In this document: positions 37,807-52,110 of the stretch, in pieces | Layout of the letters: every line of letters starts with the position of its first letter | Position numbering within the stretch: the first letter of the stretch is position 1 | Source of the DNA: Selaginella moellendorffii | Lineage: Eukaryota; Plantae; Lycopodiophyta | Assembly: GCF_000143415.4 (NCBI RefSeq) | Contig: NW_003314284.1 | Span: forward strand, 1,572,434-1,636,433 | Length of the DNA: 64,000 nt | Direction of reading: 5' to 3' | Made by a program: the position numbers and the translations under genes | Notes under the pieces: model-generated | The model's input: the letters and a program-made list of their open reading frames with translations, nothing else | The model's database searches: none | What the model was told of the DNA's origin: nothing

Positions 37807-39681
37807 TGTGAGACACAAAATCCCTAAGCCCCAAAGTGGAGCCGGAAGGGCGCCACATGATAGTGGCCGAAGCGAGAGCCAAACGAGCGTAACACGTTTG
37901 GACCAAAAGCTCCGACTTGAAAAGTCAAGAGCGGGAGTGGAACTCCCAACGAAGTGCTCGAGGAACGAGCACGAAGCGAGCAAAAGGCAAGGCTCCAAAA
38001 AGGGACCCAAAAGGGCCAACACATGACACGTGGGAGTGTCCGAGATGGACTCGAGTTGGAGTCCGAAGTGGAGTCCGAGATGGACCCGAGTTGGAGTCCG
38101 AAGTGGAGTCCGAGATGGACCCGAGTTGGAGTCCGAAGTGGAGTCCGAGATGGACCCGAGTTGGAATCCGAAGTGGAGTCCGAGATGGAGTCCGAGAAGG
38201 AGTCCGAAGTGGAGTCCGAGGTGGACCCGAGATGGACCCGAGTTGGAGTCCGAAGTGGAGTCCGAGATGGACCCGAGATGGAGTCCGAGATGGAGTCCGA
38301 GGTGGACCCGAGATGGACCCGAAATGGAGTCCGAGATGGAGTCCTAGATGGACCCGAGATGGAGTCCGAGATGGAGTCCGAGATGGACCCGAGATGGACC
38401 CGAGATGGAGTCCGAGATGGAGTCCGAGATGGAGTCTAAGATGGACCCGAGATGGACCCGAGATGGAGTCCGAGATGGAGTCCGAGATGGAGTCCGAAGT
38501 CGAGACCGAGACCGAGACCGAGACCGAGATCGGGACCGAGACCGAGACCGAGGCCGAGGCCGAGGCTGAGGCCGAGGCCGAGACCGAGCCCGAGCCCGAG
38601 TCCGAGTCCGAGTCCGAGTCCGAGTCCGAGTCCGAGTCCGAGTCCGAGTCCGAGTCCGGAGCCTGAGAGGGTGAAAGCCCAAAGCGTTCGTCTCCCAGAC
38701 CCTGGGGGGTTTGGTGAGCTCCAAAAGTATAGTAGGGGGGAGGACTGCAGTGGAGCCAGTTTGGCCAGGAAAGGCCAGTTTGGCCAGGAAAGGCCAGTTT
38801 GGCCCAGGAAGGCCAGACCCAGTGTTGGGTGATGAGCTGCCCACTGGGAAGTCCAAGACTAGAGTGAACACAGACCAACAAGTGGGGTAGCTTGGTGAAG
38901 TGTTCAAGAGCCGGCTCTAGTTCCCCCGGGAGATCGACTGGCCGATGCTCCCAGTTCAAGTGTGGGTGGCACTACCTACTTGGATACCTAGTGTGGCTCA
39001 ACGGAACCTGCTCTAAGCCCATGGCTAGAGCACCCAAGGGCAGAAGGCGAGGAGAGTACCCAGGTGGCTCGCGTAAGGCCACGGTGTTCCGAAATGTTGT
39101 CCCAAAGGCCCAGACTGTGGAAAGGAAGAGGAGCAGTCCTCTGGGGTAGTGACCAAGGACACAGTCGTGTGGTGAGGAAGTCCCAGAGGACCGTGGGACT
39201 TAGTGGTCGGGCCTGTGGGTCTCGATCAAGTGGCAGTGTTGGCAAACACGGCCAGGGGCAGAAAGGGACTTAGTGGGGACTAACAGAGGGATATTGGGGA
39301 AGGCTATTCCCCTTGTCGGTGGGCATCCTAAGGATGCTAAGGAGTGGATCTGAGATGACCACTCACGGATGGTTTGCCTAGTCTTGGAGAACCAAGACGG
39401 TGATGCAAGTGGTATTGGACTACCAGTGTGGCAAAGGTGATTGGGCATGGCCTTAGCGTAACGGGCTGCTATGTCGGTGGTACCTTTGAGTGTCAGTCAT
39501 GGGATCGGACACGTGGAGCACTTGGACCAAGTGCAAATGTTGAGTGGCATGGATGCCATTCTCGGGGCTAGCAAGTCCCAAGTCCTGGATTGGACTTATG
39601 GAGGTTGTGAATGAGACTCCTCCAAGTGGTCAGAGGTGTGGTTAAGTGACTAAAGTAGAATGGAAAATTTAGTCGCTTACA
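37807..39681. mobile_element. Solo LTR (~1.9 kb) containing a minisatellite
   Basis: Begins TG and ends CA. 5-bp TSD CACTA at 37802-37806 and 39682-39686. No internal coding region. Decayed inverted relatives lie at 40070-42670. Confidence 0.85.
38032..38660. repeat. Minisatellite of 11-12 bp units (GGAGTCCGAGAT / GGACCCGAGAT / GGAGTCCGAAGT) grading into 6-bp units (GAGACC, GAGGCC, GAGCCC, GAGTCC)
   Basis: Directly visible. It explains the overlapping repetitive ORFs in all frames. Confidence 0.95.
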
Positions 39682-40069
39682 CACTAAGCTTTGATTATGG
39701 TTATAAATAGGAGAATTGTAATGATGTTGGAAGGAACATATATGATGTGTGAGGAACTTTGACTTCTCTAGTAAGCTTTTATGATAAAGAGAAGTAAAAT
39801 TGCAAGTTTTGATTTTTGAAGTGTTTGAAATTGAGTTAAATTAGGTGAGAATTAAGCTAGGGGGCCAAAAGCACCAGAAGTGTGGCATGAAGTATTGGAG
39901 CACCTTGAACAAGTTTAGGTTTAAGCTTAATCTAACTAGGGCTTTGAGCTAGATCCAAGCTAGAGCTTTGGAGCTCTCAACCATGGGGCCTTTAGCATTG
40001 TAGCATTCAGCCCTAGAGCTTTTAGATATAGAGTTTGATCTATGCTAAATTTGCACTTGGCCCACTAAA

Positions 40070-42670
40070 TTTCCCTTTCTATTTTAATCACTTAATCACA
40101 CCTTTGATCATTTGGAAAAATCTCACTTATAACCTCCATAAGTTTTATTCCCGACTTAGGGGCATGTTAACCCCATGAATGGCATTTATACCACTTAGTT
40201 TTTGCACTTGGTTCAAGTGCTTCATATGTTCAATCCCACCCCAAAAGTATCACTGACATCTTAGCCTGTTATGCTAAGGCCATATTCATTTACTCTTGTC
40301 TCATTAATAATCCAAGATCATGCATACCATAGTCTTGTCTTTCCAAAACTAAGCCATTAGTCCATAAGTGGTTATCCCATGACCACACCTTAGCATCCTT
40401 AGGATGTCCAGGAACACCCTTCCCCAATATCCCTTCTTTAGTCCCTATTAAGTCTTTTTTTATCCACAGCCATGCTCACCAACACTATCACTAAATTGTA
40501 AGCAACTAAAGGGAAGGACTCGAGAGATGATCCATAAGGGTTCAAAGGGCCCATGAATAAGAGTGAATCCTTTTCTCTTGGGATATTTAGGGTTAAGCAT
40601 CTTTAGAACTAGGTTAGATGACTTCCCTGGAATTTCAAATTTAGAAGCTTATATAGGTTAGGGCCTGAAGGCTTAACCACTAAGTCCCATTGACTATGCA
40701 AGCCTTGTAAGTACTCTCCCCACCTTTCGCCTTTAGGTGCTCTAGCTATGTGGCTAGAGCGAGGTTTTGATGAGCCGTACTAGGTATTTAAGTAGGTAGT
40801 GCCACCCACACTTAGATTAGGAGCATTGACCATTTGATCTTCTAAAGAAGTTAGAGCTGGCTTTTGAACACTTCACCAAGTTACTCTATGGGGGGAGCTA
40901 GAGTTGGCTCTTGAACACTTCACCAAGTTACCTCACTTGTTTGTCTGTGTTTACTCTATCTTTAGACTTCTCAATAGTTATATCATCACCTACCATGTGA
41001 AAATAGCCTTCCTTAGTCATACTAACCTTTTTTGGCTAAACTAACTCCACTGGAGTCCTCCCCTACTATACTTATGGAGCTCACCAAACCCCCTAAGGTT
41101 TGAGAGATGATCACTTTGGGCTTTCACCCTCGATCTCTGTCTTGGACTCAACCTTAAACTCTATCTTGGGTCCATCTCGAATTCCATCTCAGACTCTATC
41201 TCGGGCCTATATTGGGTCCATATTAAACTCCATCTCGGACTCTATCTTGAGTCCATTTCAGACTCCTTTTTAGACTTCATCTTGGACTCTTTCTTGGGCT
41301 CTTTTTTAGATTGATTCCTAACACTTCTACGTGTCACGACACTTACCATGTGTTAGTCTTTCTTATATCCCTTTTTAGAGACTCATTTACTAATTGCTTC
41401 ATATTCATTCCTTGAGCACTTTGTTCAGGGTTCCACTCTCACTTTTGACTTTCCAAGTCGAAGCTTTTGGTCCAAATATGTTATATTTATTGGACTTCCA
41501 CTTCAACCACTACTATATAGCACCCTTTTTGACTCCACTTTGGGGCTTAGGGATTTACATCTCACACCCAAATGCTCCACATGTCTAAGTTCTAGTTTAA
41601 ACATCCAAAAGTATCACCAATACATAAGTCTTTTACACCAAGGCCATCTTTATTCTCACTATTTCATTAGTAGTTTATAGTCCTATTTCTTTAAGATTAG
41701 TCTATGAATGGTCATTTTATAACCACTCTTTAACATCTTTAATCTACTCTAAGATATGTATATAGTGCACCTTATCTTTTTCTCCTTAAGTCTATTAGGA
41801 AAGGGGCAATTGCTTAATAAGAAAGCCTTTAATGGCTATTTTATCCCCCATATGCCACAATAGAAGAATACCATCTTTTAATATCCCTTCTTTTCCCCAT
41901 CAAGTCCTTTTTTATCCATAGTAATGCTTGCCAATACTATTATTAAAACAAAGTTTAAAAGTCCATTTACTAAGTCTCACCAACCTTTAAAATTTTCTAA
42001 TCATGCAACCATACCCTTGATTACTAAGCAAAAGGACTACTCCTCTTCTTTTTCATGATCAAGGATTTTGGGATGATATTTTGAAACACCATAGCCTAAC
42101 ATAAATCTTATAGGTACTCTCCCCATCTTCTGCCACTAATGTGCCTCAGCTATATAGCTAGAACAAGGTTTTGATGAGCTATATAAAGTATCCACGGAGG
42201 TAATGCCACTCATAGTTGAATTGGGAATATTGACCATTCAATCTTTTGAAGGAGTTAACCTGGCTCTTAAACACTTTACCAAATCACCCCATTTGTTCAT
42301 TTATATTCACTCAATGCTTTGACTCCCTAATGTTTATATCATTACCCATCATATAGATATAACCTTTTTTTGTTTAATCATTTTGGGTATTTACCCCTTA
42401 GACTCAAACTCAGTTTTGGACTTGGTCTTGACACTTTTATATTTCACAACATTTATGATGTGTTAGTCATTCTTTTGTCCTTTTTTAAGGATTTGTTTAT
42501 CACACTTCATGCCCATCCTCAATCCCTTCTTTAAGAGTTTCACTTCCACTCTTGACTTTCTGAGTCGAGAGTTTAGTCCAAATATGTTATACTCATTCAA
42601 CTTCTACTTTAGCTATTATCATGTGGCTTGTTTTTAAATCCATTTTGGGACTTAGAGATTTATGTTTACA
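40070..42670. mobile_element. Two decayed inverted copies of the 37807-39681 LTR family
   Basis: ~40070-41567 and ~41570-42670 match the reverse complement of the solo LTR (e.g. ACTTTGGGGCTTAGGGATTTACATCTCACA) with many C->T/G->A changes and shorter arrays. Confidence 0.75.
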
Positions 42671-43736
42671 ACTCCACTTATAGACAAAGTTTGATATCCT
42701 AACAAATGATAATCCATTTTCTGAAGTAACATTATCATGGATTATTTTTTATCTTTGGCACTAAACTACTATTTAATAATGGTTTAATATTGAAGGCTCA
42801 TCATATCTTGGATATCCTTTAAGGAGCATAAACCCCCCAATTGAAAGATTCATTACCTTAGTTGTGATAGTTTCCTTGCTTTGCTAGTTTAGATCCTACT
42901 AAACTCATTATAGAAATCTTATTTATCTCAATTTTACTGTTTACTTTAGAGTAATCTCAGACTATATCAATATAAGAATTGCCCTTTGGAATATTATTAT
43001 TGACTTCTCATATCAATTTCCTAAATGTCTTTAACACTTTCCTATGCATATTATAGTTGTGTGCACACTTTCCCTATCCTAGGAAGTTCCTTAATTGAAG
43101 ACACTATCATCCTTTCCTTTCTTCTGTGAAGAATATCTTTATTTGGATTAACCTATGGTCTAACCTCATTATCTTACTTATCTTCCTAACTAATTACATC
43201 TTCCCATGATGTCTTTATTTGGTCATTTGACTCTCACATGATTGGGGTTTACTTTAGGATCCCCAATCTTTTATTTCTACTCATTTATCATGTTGTTTTT
43301 TGTGTTATCACTTTTTAGATCTATAATTTATACTAGAACTACTCATTGCTCTATTATTTGACTACATTGCCACGTTATCTTTTGAAGCTTTCACCTTTCA
43401 CTAAATTGGAGCACTTAAAAATTTCATTCTTTGGAAATTTATTACTTTTCTCATATATCTATTAGCACCCACCCTTTAGTAGTTTTTTTCTTAACTTATT
43501 ATTTTGATTCACACTAATAATTTCTTAGGCTTATTTTTGGGCACTGGTCTCTTACTTTTATCCTTTAGTCATTTATACCAAGATTGGTATTTTCTTATTC
43601 CACAACAAAGACTTTACTAAGTCCGTGGGGAGTAGAGCCTAAACTTAATTTAGACTAGGGAATGACCTTTTGGCCAGAATATTTTTTGGCCATGGAGCTC
43701 TTAGCCAAAATATCTCTTGGCCCGAATATTTCTTAT

Positions 43737-45205
43737 TGTAGTATACATAATTTTCACCCTTTACCATATGGTGTTTTACTATAGGATAACCATGAAGCGA
43801 AATATAAACCTTTGGCCACAAAGGCAATAGAGCAAAATCTGAGTTTTAGAGTCTTGGGCCATTAAACAGAGGGATAGAGCCAAACTTTCAAGCATATAAT
43901 TAAAGAGTAAAAGAACTAGAGCATTAAATGATTCTCAACCATTTAGCCTAAGCAACAAAGGGATAGGAATATGAGTTGACATTAGAATAGTCCTAGAGCA
44001 TTCAACATCCTAATGTCATGATGAACACACAAAATAGAGTTAACCAAAGTTTGGTGCTATTTCAACATACTAGTGGCCTAACTCGAGGATATGGGTATTC
44101 CACTAACTAATTGTGTGCTTATGAATTCAGACTTCCCAAAAAGTCACCCAACCTAATATTATTCAAATTAAAGATGCACCTCTTCGGTTGAACCTAGCCA
44201 AAGGCAAATTAAACCTTCCAAATATCAATATCACATATGGTGTGATTCCCCTAACTAACTAATAGAGTTAGACTTAAAACCTCTTTGGTACCAAATATAA
44301 GCTCTTGAATTTGGACTTTCTGGGAAGTTACCTAGCCTAGTTCTATTCAAACCCAAAGAAGCTTAACCTTATGTATCTTAAAACCCTTAACCAATTGAAA
44401 AAAAGGGTGCATTTTTGTTTATAGGCCTTTTCCTTTTATATTTGAACTTCTATAAATCATCTCTAGAGTCATTCCCTATGATTGTTTACACTCATGGTAA
44501 GGAGCTTAGACTTAAACCCAAGTCTAATGTAAAACAAGGACAAGCATGCAATCAAGAGCTAGATTATACCTTAGGTCAGTTAGCCATGCCCCACTTACCC
44601 ACTACGTATTATACATTTGGAACTTGGAACCCCCTCCCCCCCCTCCCCCCTCCCCCCTCCCCCCTCCCTCTAAGGAACACACACTTTGGGCTTTCACCCC
44701 AGTCCCAAAAGTTACTTTTTGGGATAATCATAAAAACTTACTAAATAAAGAATGATGTTAAATTGTGATATTATTGTGTTTAGGATAATCTTTATATCAC
44801 TAATAGATTTAAACACTTTTTATAAATAGCCAATGGGACCAAATAGAATCAACACATAAGGCATAATAGTGAGGGTGTTTTGTAGGCACAATAAGCTATC
44901 ATATAGTATATGTGATATTAAGGGATTAGAACTCAATATATGAGGGTTCTTGTCACTAGCCAGTGCAAGACGTAATGAGATCAAAACTCTTTACCAAACT
45001 AAGTATACTTAGTTAATAGTACGAAGGAATTTTGTCTTTATGCTCATTTAGTCTAAGTACACTCAAAATGCATAGTTAACTCCACTAGCATAAGAGGGAC
45101 TAATGATCTTCTGCCATTGTGGCAATGAAAGAAAAATATCTAAAAGGACTCACTAACAAGTAACTTTTGATATTTACAATCATATTTGTGACACTCTCCC
45201 TCGTT
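43737..45205 (-). mobile_element. Decayed LTR of the 7704-14171 family, with PPT and an internal insertion
   Basis: TGTAGTATACA...TTTGTGACA followed by CTCTCCC. Colinear with 7704-8857 except for an insertion at ~44115-44490. Confidence 0.75.
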
Positions 45206-45799
45206 TTTTGCTTAAGTGCTTACACTACCTGACATGTTAGTGATGGTGTTCAAGGAGTGTCTCAATAAGTTCATGGATGCTTATCATAATAAGGCTTGAG
45301 GAGCCCTTCATTCTTTAGAATTACTGCAAGCCAAGAAGCAAGTTTGTCTCTTGGAGGTTCAACTCAAATAGAAGGAATGGAGGCTCAATGGGAAGAGATG
45401 TGTATATGTTAAAACCTTGGACAATAGTTAGCATGAATGTAGTTTTGGCAGGTGTAAGGTAGGAATCCATTGTTTCAAGATGCTTTGGATGTATGGCATT
45501 TATTTTTTTTTACATAATAGGGTGGATATAGGGCAATGACTTTTTAGAAGAGTGTTCATATCTTTCAGGGATTTATTATGGGTGTATCAATGCTAGGGTG
45601 GTCAATGTTAATGGATTTTACTTCAAGTGTTTTTTAAGTTTTTGTTCCCATCACCAATATTTATATTTTTTAGGAGATAGTCAAGGGGAGGCTAACAAAG
45701 AGCTAATCTCTTCCATGGCAATTTTCCATGTATTTAGAAGTTTCCACTAGTAGTCCAGTAAGTATAAGTTGTTCTATGTTATTGTAAGTAAATATGAAT

Positions 45800-48700
45800 C
45801 TCCTTCAAATATATAGTGGAGATAGTGGGTAGGTTGGGCATGGCCAACCAACTTAAGGCATAATTTAGCTCCCCGCTTGGATGCTTGTCCTTGTTTTGCA
45901 TCTGACTTGGGTATAAACTTAAGTTATATACCATGCTTGTAGTACCTATATCCTTGCATTAAACCACCAAAATGTTGAAAAAACATCAGACTCCATTTGA
46001 CTCTATTTTGTGTGATAGTTTTAGCATTGGGATGCTATATGTTTTAGGATTATTTTAATATCGTTTTGTGCTCTTACTCTTCACTCCTTAGGCTATATGT
46101 TTAGGAGTTATTTCATGTTTTGATTCCTTTAAATGTTGATTGTATGTTTAAGAGTTTAGCTTTGTCCCTTTGTTCAATGGCCCAAGGCCTTTAAACTCAA
46201 GTTTTGCTCCATTACTCTTGGTCCACATGTCCAAAGGTTATAATTCCACTCCATGGTTAACCTATAGTAAAACAACATAAGGTAAAGAGTGAAAACCACG
46301 TGTGTTACATGTGGTATTACAGAATTAGTTATAGTGAATACTATTTAATAAGATTGGGCAATTAGTCTTATTGAATACACAGAGATGAAAATAATGATTC
46401 AAGTGGGTACACATTTGGGTGCTATGGCTTTGCATGCATCCCAATTTTAGCGTACTAGATTATATGAACTTTTGTTTGGGCTTATAAAATAGATTGAGAT
46501 ACATCATTTACACGAGTTTGTATTTGGGCTTGTGGGGGTAGCATATTAGCAACTCAAGATTACACTTTGAGTTGGTAGGATTCTATGTTAGTGTATTAGT
46601 GGTTAGTATGAGTTGTTCTATATTACTATAGGTAAATGTAAACCTCCCTTGGGCAAATAAGAAAATAAGCTTGTGGCAAATAAGCTTGTGTATAGCTGTT
46701 TAGCACTAGTGGATCCTTCCTAGGCATAATTATATATGGATTAATCAAGATTATAAGGATTAGTTTATTAGTTCAAGTAATTAATATTGTGCTTTCTCAT
46801 GAAATTTTTCTTAGATTGGACTGAAAGTAGCAGTAGGGTTGGCAGCCCATCTTTATCTCTCCTTGATGAAGCTTAAGATTTAGTCAAAATTGAGACCGAG
46901 AAAAGAGTAATTAAAGATGAAGGATCAAACATGTAAATCATTTTCTCTTCTTCAAGAGATGATTTACAATGAAGTGTGATCTCATTACTTATGTTCACAT
47001 CATACAATCATGAGTTCCTACCTTGATGTATATTAGCTATAATAGCCCTACAGGTGGTAAGTCATGGGATGGATAGTAATGAAATGCTAAACCATTTTGT
47101 CTAAGCTTGTTATTGGAAGTTTTGTCTTACATGCTCAATTCTTTTTCAAGTAACCATGTTGAGTAGTTTGGTGTTAGATTAGTTTTGAATTTGGTCAGAA
47201 ATAGATTGACATAAACTTATTTATATTGTGAACAAAGTTGGTGGTGTTAAGTACTATAAATCTTTGTTAGTGGAATATGGCATTTATGTTGCATTTTGTC
47301 AAATTAAGTTGGCACTTGATACTCACATAAACCTTTATAGTAGTGGCACAAGCATTGCTTGTGGTATTGCTCAATTGATGATTAAGTCATTGTGTTACTT
47401 ATATGATATCCATGTGACCGTGAGCAATATGTTTATAAAGTTGTTTAATCAAATAATGATCAGCCCTAAAGTGGAGCTAATTTATTTGCGTGTAGTAGTA
47501 TTATAGTAGTTTTAACTAGATTCTCAAAGGTAATTCATTATGTTAGGTTAAAGGGGGGTACTTTGGTTTTGCCCATTAAGGTTTTGAAAAGAGTTATAGC
47601 ATTCATTTGCTATAATTTGTTAGTCTATCCATTAGCATTTAGAATAAATTGTTGGATGAAAAAAGTGTATAATTGAGACATTAGTATTGTTATCACACTT
47701 ATGTTAGTGAAAGTGACATTGTTATATTAAGTGACGATGAATTTTCCTTAGGGCTTGATTTTTTGTGTCATTTTTGTTGTTATTGGTTTCATATTCAATC
47801 TTGAAAGTGATTAAAGAAGAATATTAGTACAATATGGATATGCAAAGATATGGCCTTTGTAATTGAGTCTTGGGTGTTCATTTTACATTTTCTAGATGTT
47901 GATGTTAGATAGCGAATATATAGGCATGATGTTTGAAGCCTAGGCATTTTGTTAGATCATGAGAATTTATGTTAAAATGAAACTATGTGAAATTGTAAGT
48001 AGAAGGAAGTTGATTAAGTCTTCAAAATTTGCATTTCTAGACTAAGAGTCATTCTTTCTCTAGGATGGAAGTTTTTTTACAAATTTTCTTAGACTTTTCC
48101 AATGGCTGATTTATTGATTATCTTATTTGAAAACTATTCAGTTTTTATGAGTTATTATGAATTAGTGAAGGTGTTGGAGTTCATTTTTGTAAGATGTAGC
48201 CCAAAAGAAATGTTAGCTTTTGGAGCTAAAACAATTGAGTTGGATTAAATCTAGAATTAGTTTAGAAAAGTGGCTATTGCACTTTATTAGAAAGATGACA
48301 TTATTAGACTTTATAAGAGTAGTGAACTTTCATTGATCTTGATTTAATTTTGGTGGCTCTATGCTTTAGCTGAGGATGGTGATGTTTAACTTAGTTATTT
48401 ATGGTTAAAATGTTAGTACATGTATTATGGTATTATCTATTAGAAGGTTGTATACCATATAAGTCCATCTCATGGTCTTCATTTTAGTTTCAATTGAATG
48501 TCAATCATGCATATCTAGCCTCTTCAGTTATGCTTAGAGCTATTGGCTAAATATGTTAGTGGGTTTATTAGTGTTTGATTAGATTCGAGCAATTATTTTT
48601 TTTATACTTGTATATGTTCCTATATATTATACTGGGGTGTTACTTTTCTATTGGACAAGTATATGACAAGAGTTTAGTGTTTAGGTCTTACAAAGGCAAA

Positions 48701-51700
48701 TTGAAAAATGATTATTGGTTTCTTTGTGACTAAAGATTACTTATAGACTTTATTAAGGATTATTGACATTTATTTCACTCGATGATGATTTAGAAATGAT
48801 AGGCTTATTACTAGATAGTGTTGCGAAAAATCATATTCTTGAGCTTTCATGTTTTTTTTACATATTAGCATATTAATTTCACCTTTATTAATATTGTTTA
48901 GTTACATTTAGTCTATAGTGTTAGATTGCATTGAGTGGTGTTTCACTTTTTGATGATGTGTTATCTATAGCTAAATATTGTTGAAAGATTAATTTGAAAT
49001 ACTAAGTAAAGTATCTTTAACCTTAGTTAGCTTGGTTACTAAAGAGGTTTGAGTGGTGATTCTCTTTTGGTTTCTTTTAGCTTTGTTTTAGTGTTGATAG
49101 CATTAAAGTGATGCCTTAGTATCGACATTGTTAGAGTTTTGATTATAGTGGGATGAGATATTTCTCGATGAGCATTTTGAAAAGTTTAGTTTTCCATTTA
49201 TGGTGATTTGGATGGTTGGTGATTAGTTGGAGTTTATTGGAGATAGATATTATATTTTGTTAATCTCGATGATGATGGTGTTAATACTTTAACTATACCT
49301 TTATATTGTTAGCATTAATGCATTTACTAGTTAGCAACTATATTGGCATTCAAACGAACTAAGTAGCAAGTTGAGTTAGTTTTGTTTTAAACAAGATTGT
49401 TTAGTAAGAATTGAGATTTAGTTTTTCCTTGAAATGTGATTTAGTTATAGACTATATTAGCTTTATAAGAAAAAAAGTTAGTCATCGATTAGAGTTGTTA
49501 GTTTCTTGTTAGATTTGCATTAAAATTATATTAATCGTTGATGATTTTTATTGTCCTTGCTATAAAGTGAGTTATGTCTTGTTATGGATAGATGGATTCA
49601 TAAAAAATTGGTTTAGTGATCACTTGTTGAGCATAACTTTATTGTGTTTGGCTTTCGGATTAATGCAAATATGTTTTCCATAATGTTACATTGTGAACAC
49701 ATATGCACTAAGGAAGGAAATCCTAAGTTGTCATTTAGTCAAGCATAATTAAGACGGTGATGAAAAACTCATGATATTGATTTGCACTTGCTAGTCTTGG
49801 GAACCCTCTGCGATATTGAATTTGGTCCCTCAATATTCGGTAAATGATAACTTACTGTGTTTGCCAAACACCCTCTCTATCATACACCTTGCGGTCTCAA
49901 ATGCTATTTATGGAAAGTATCTAAATTTTCTCATTTGGCATATTTATAAACTGTAAAGATTGTCCTAAACACAGTGGTGTTCTTCCTGTGTCTAAATTCA
50001 CAATTTAAAAATATTCCATATTTAATAAGTTTCAAGCTTGTTCTAAAGACTAACTCCTAACACTAAAGGTGGCTGAGGGGGGGGCAAAGGCAGGGGCAAG
50101 GGCTATAAGGGGTTTACGGGGTTCCAAATGTATAGTAGGGATAGTGGGTAGGTTAGGTATTGCTGACCAACTTGAGGTATAGTTTAGTTCCCATTTTTGT
50201 ACCTATCCTTGTTCTGCATCCGGTTTGGGTCTAAGCCCAAGTTCCACACCATGTTAGTTGGTGGAGTATATATATCCTCGTGTTAGGCCACCAATATGCT
50301 GAAATAGTGCTCGACTCCATTTGGCTCCGTTTTACTACCCCTAGCATTGGGATGCTAGATACTCTAGGACTGTTCCAAGTCATTCTCTACTCTTGTCCTT
50401 TTACTTCTTGGGCTGTACACTCGGGAGTTGTTCCATACTCTAGTTTCGTCACTCCTTGGCTCCATATTTAGGAGTTTGGCTCCATTCCTTCCTTCAGTGG
50501 CCCAAGGCCCTGAAACTCAGGTTCCACACCACTATCCTTAGGACATATGGTATATGGCACATGGCATGTGATATATAGTATATAAAGGGTTTAGGCTCTA
50601 CTTTATAGTTATCCTATGGTAAATTACTATAGGATAAAGGGTGAAAACCACATACGCTACATTTATGGATATATTAAAGAGGATATTATGGTCGTATTAT
50701 AATTTCTTCTTTAACACTGAAGTTTGTTAATGCTAAATTTGTGATTATGGTTATTCGAGACTTCATTATAGTATTTTTTCAAGCTTTTAGTTCTTTAAGT
50801 TGTCATACTCAATGTTCCATTTTTTAGGAAGGCATTTTGGCTTATTAGCATAAATATTGAAGTTAGTTTTTATGTCTAACACTCATTAATGATGATTAAC
50901 TATCATCTTGGGATAGTTGATTATCCTTGTTAAAGGTCTTGCATCATTATTATTGATGTTAGATGGTTTGTCATTTTTAAAGATTGTAGATTCTTCTTCG
51001 ATAATGATTGTATATTTTTCTTGATGGAATAATCGATAATCTTTTGTGATGGTTAGTTGTTATCTTGATAATTTTTGGCTTTTGCATTACTATATATTAT
51101 TTGTGGTTTACTTTAGATTGGTCTCTTGGGTTTGAGATATGAATAAGATGTTACTAATGTTTATTTTAGCAACTTTAGTTCCTTAATATTATTGATTGGG
51201 ATTTCTTTAGATTAGCTAGAGTGGCATTTGGTATGAATGAGTGTTTATTGGCTCTAACTATATTACTGACGTTAGCTCTAATAGTTTTGGATGTTATTTC
51301 TTTTAAGTGATATATTCACAAATATTTTACTTGTCAATCAATGATACTTTGGGTTCTTCAAGCTGTCTTTTATAAGTTTTTTAGTATTATATTTGTAATT
51401 TTTGGTAATTAAATATTATTATTGAGTTTTCTTGAAGATAAACTTGCTATTAATTTTTTTTGATGGTTAATGATATGATTTTAAGCTATAGTGATCTTGG
51501 TAGTTCCTAAATTATAATCTTGATTTATTAGCTGATAACTAAATAGGAATACTCTTGTGTTCTAATATAAAATTTATTCATTGATCGTTTGATATCTCTT
51601 AGATATTTTTGTCTATAACTTTGATATGCTCCATCTATTGATTTTTGGGTTTGAGTTAATATATGTAAATTGGTTTTAAGTCATGGGGTAGTTATTGTCA

Positions 51701-52110
51701 ACTTATCACATAATCTGCCTCTCTCATGATGTTTCTAATTCTATTTTAAAGGCTGCATAAAAACCTATAATTACCTATTTACAGTAATTTATCTAAACCT
51801 TACTAATAGATTTAGTTTGTTTTTTCATGAAGGTTTAGGGTTTTTTCATGCTTTATATCATCTACATGCAGAGGCATATCATCTTTTGTAAGTTAGATGA
51901 CACCTAGAATAATAAGGGTGGTAGAATTCATATGTTATTTTTTTATCAGTGATAATCGAAAAATGTCTAAATCATAGCACATTTGCCTAAGATAAAGAGG
52001 TTACCCTTAATTCATTTAAATTGGTATATTTCTCATAAAGTGTGAATTTTCTTTTGTTAAGAATGATTTAAACTAGAGTATGCATTAATGAAGATGTCAA
52101 TTTTCCCTAG
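45800..52110 (+). mobile_element. Old inverted copy of the 7704-14171 element, with a nested partial LTR of the same family (~49700-50661)
   Basis: LTR end at ~46309 followed by a decayed PBS (TGGTATTACAG). 46310-49697 and 50662-52110 largely match the reverse complement of 13060-8870 (e.g. AGACTAAGAGTCATTCTTTCTCTAGGAT). Confidence 0.8.

Noticed and set aside
37917-38959. Long repetitive ORFs (ESESES, SDSDSD, RPRPRP) resembling adhesins or SR proteins, or a CRISPR-like array
   Set aside because: They are open in several frames only because of the stop-free minisatellite. There are no unique spacers or cas genes, and the context is eukaryotic.
37802-39686. CACTA at both ends, suggesting a CACTA/EnSpm DNA transposon
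   Set aside because: The motif is a direct repeat outside TG...CA termini, so it is a 5-bp TSD of a solo LTR and not inverted CACTA...TAGTG ends.
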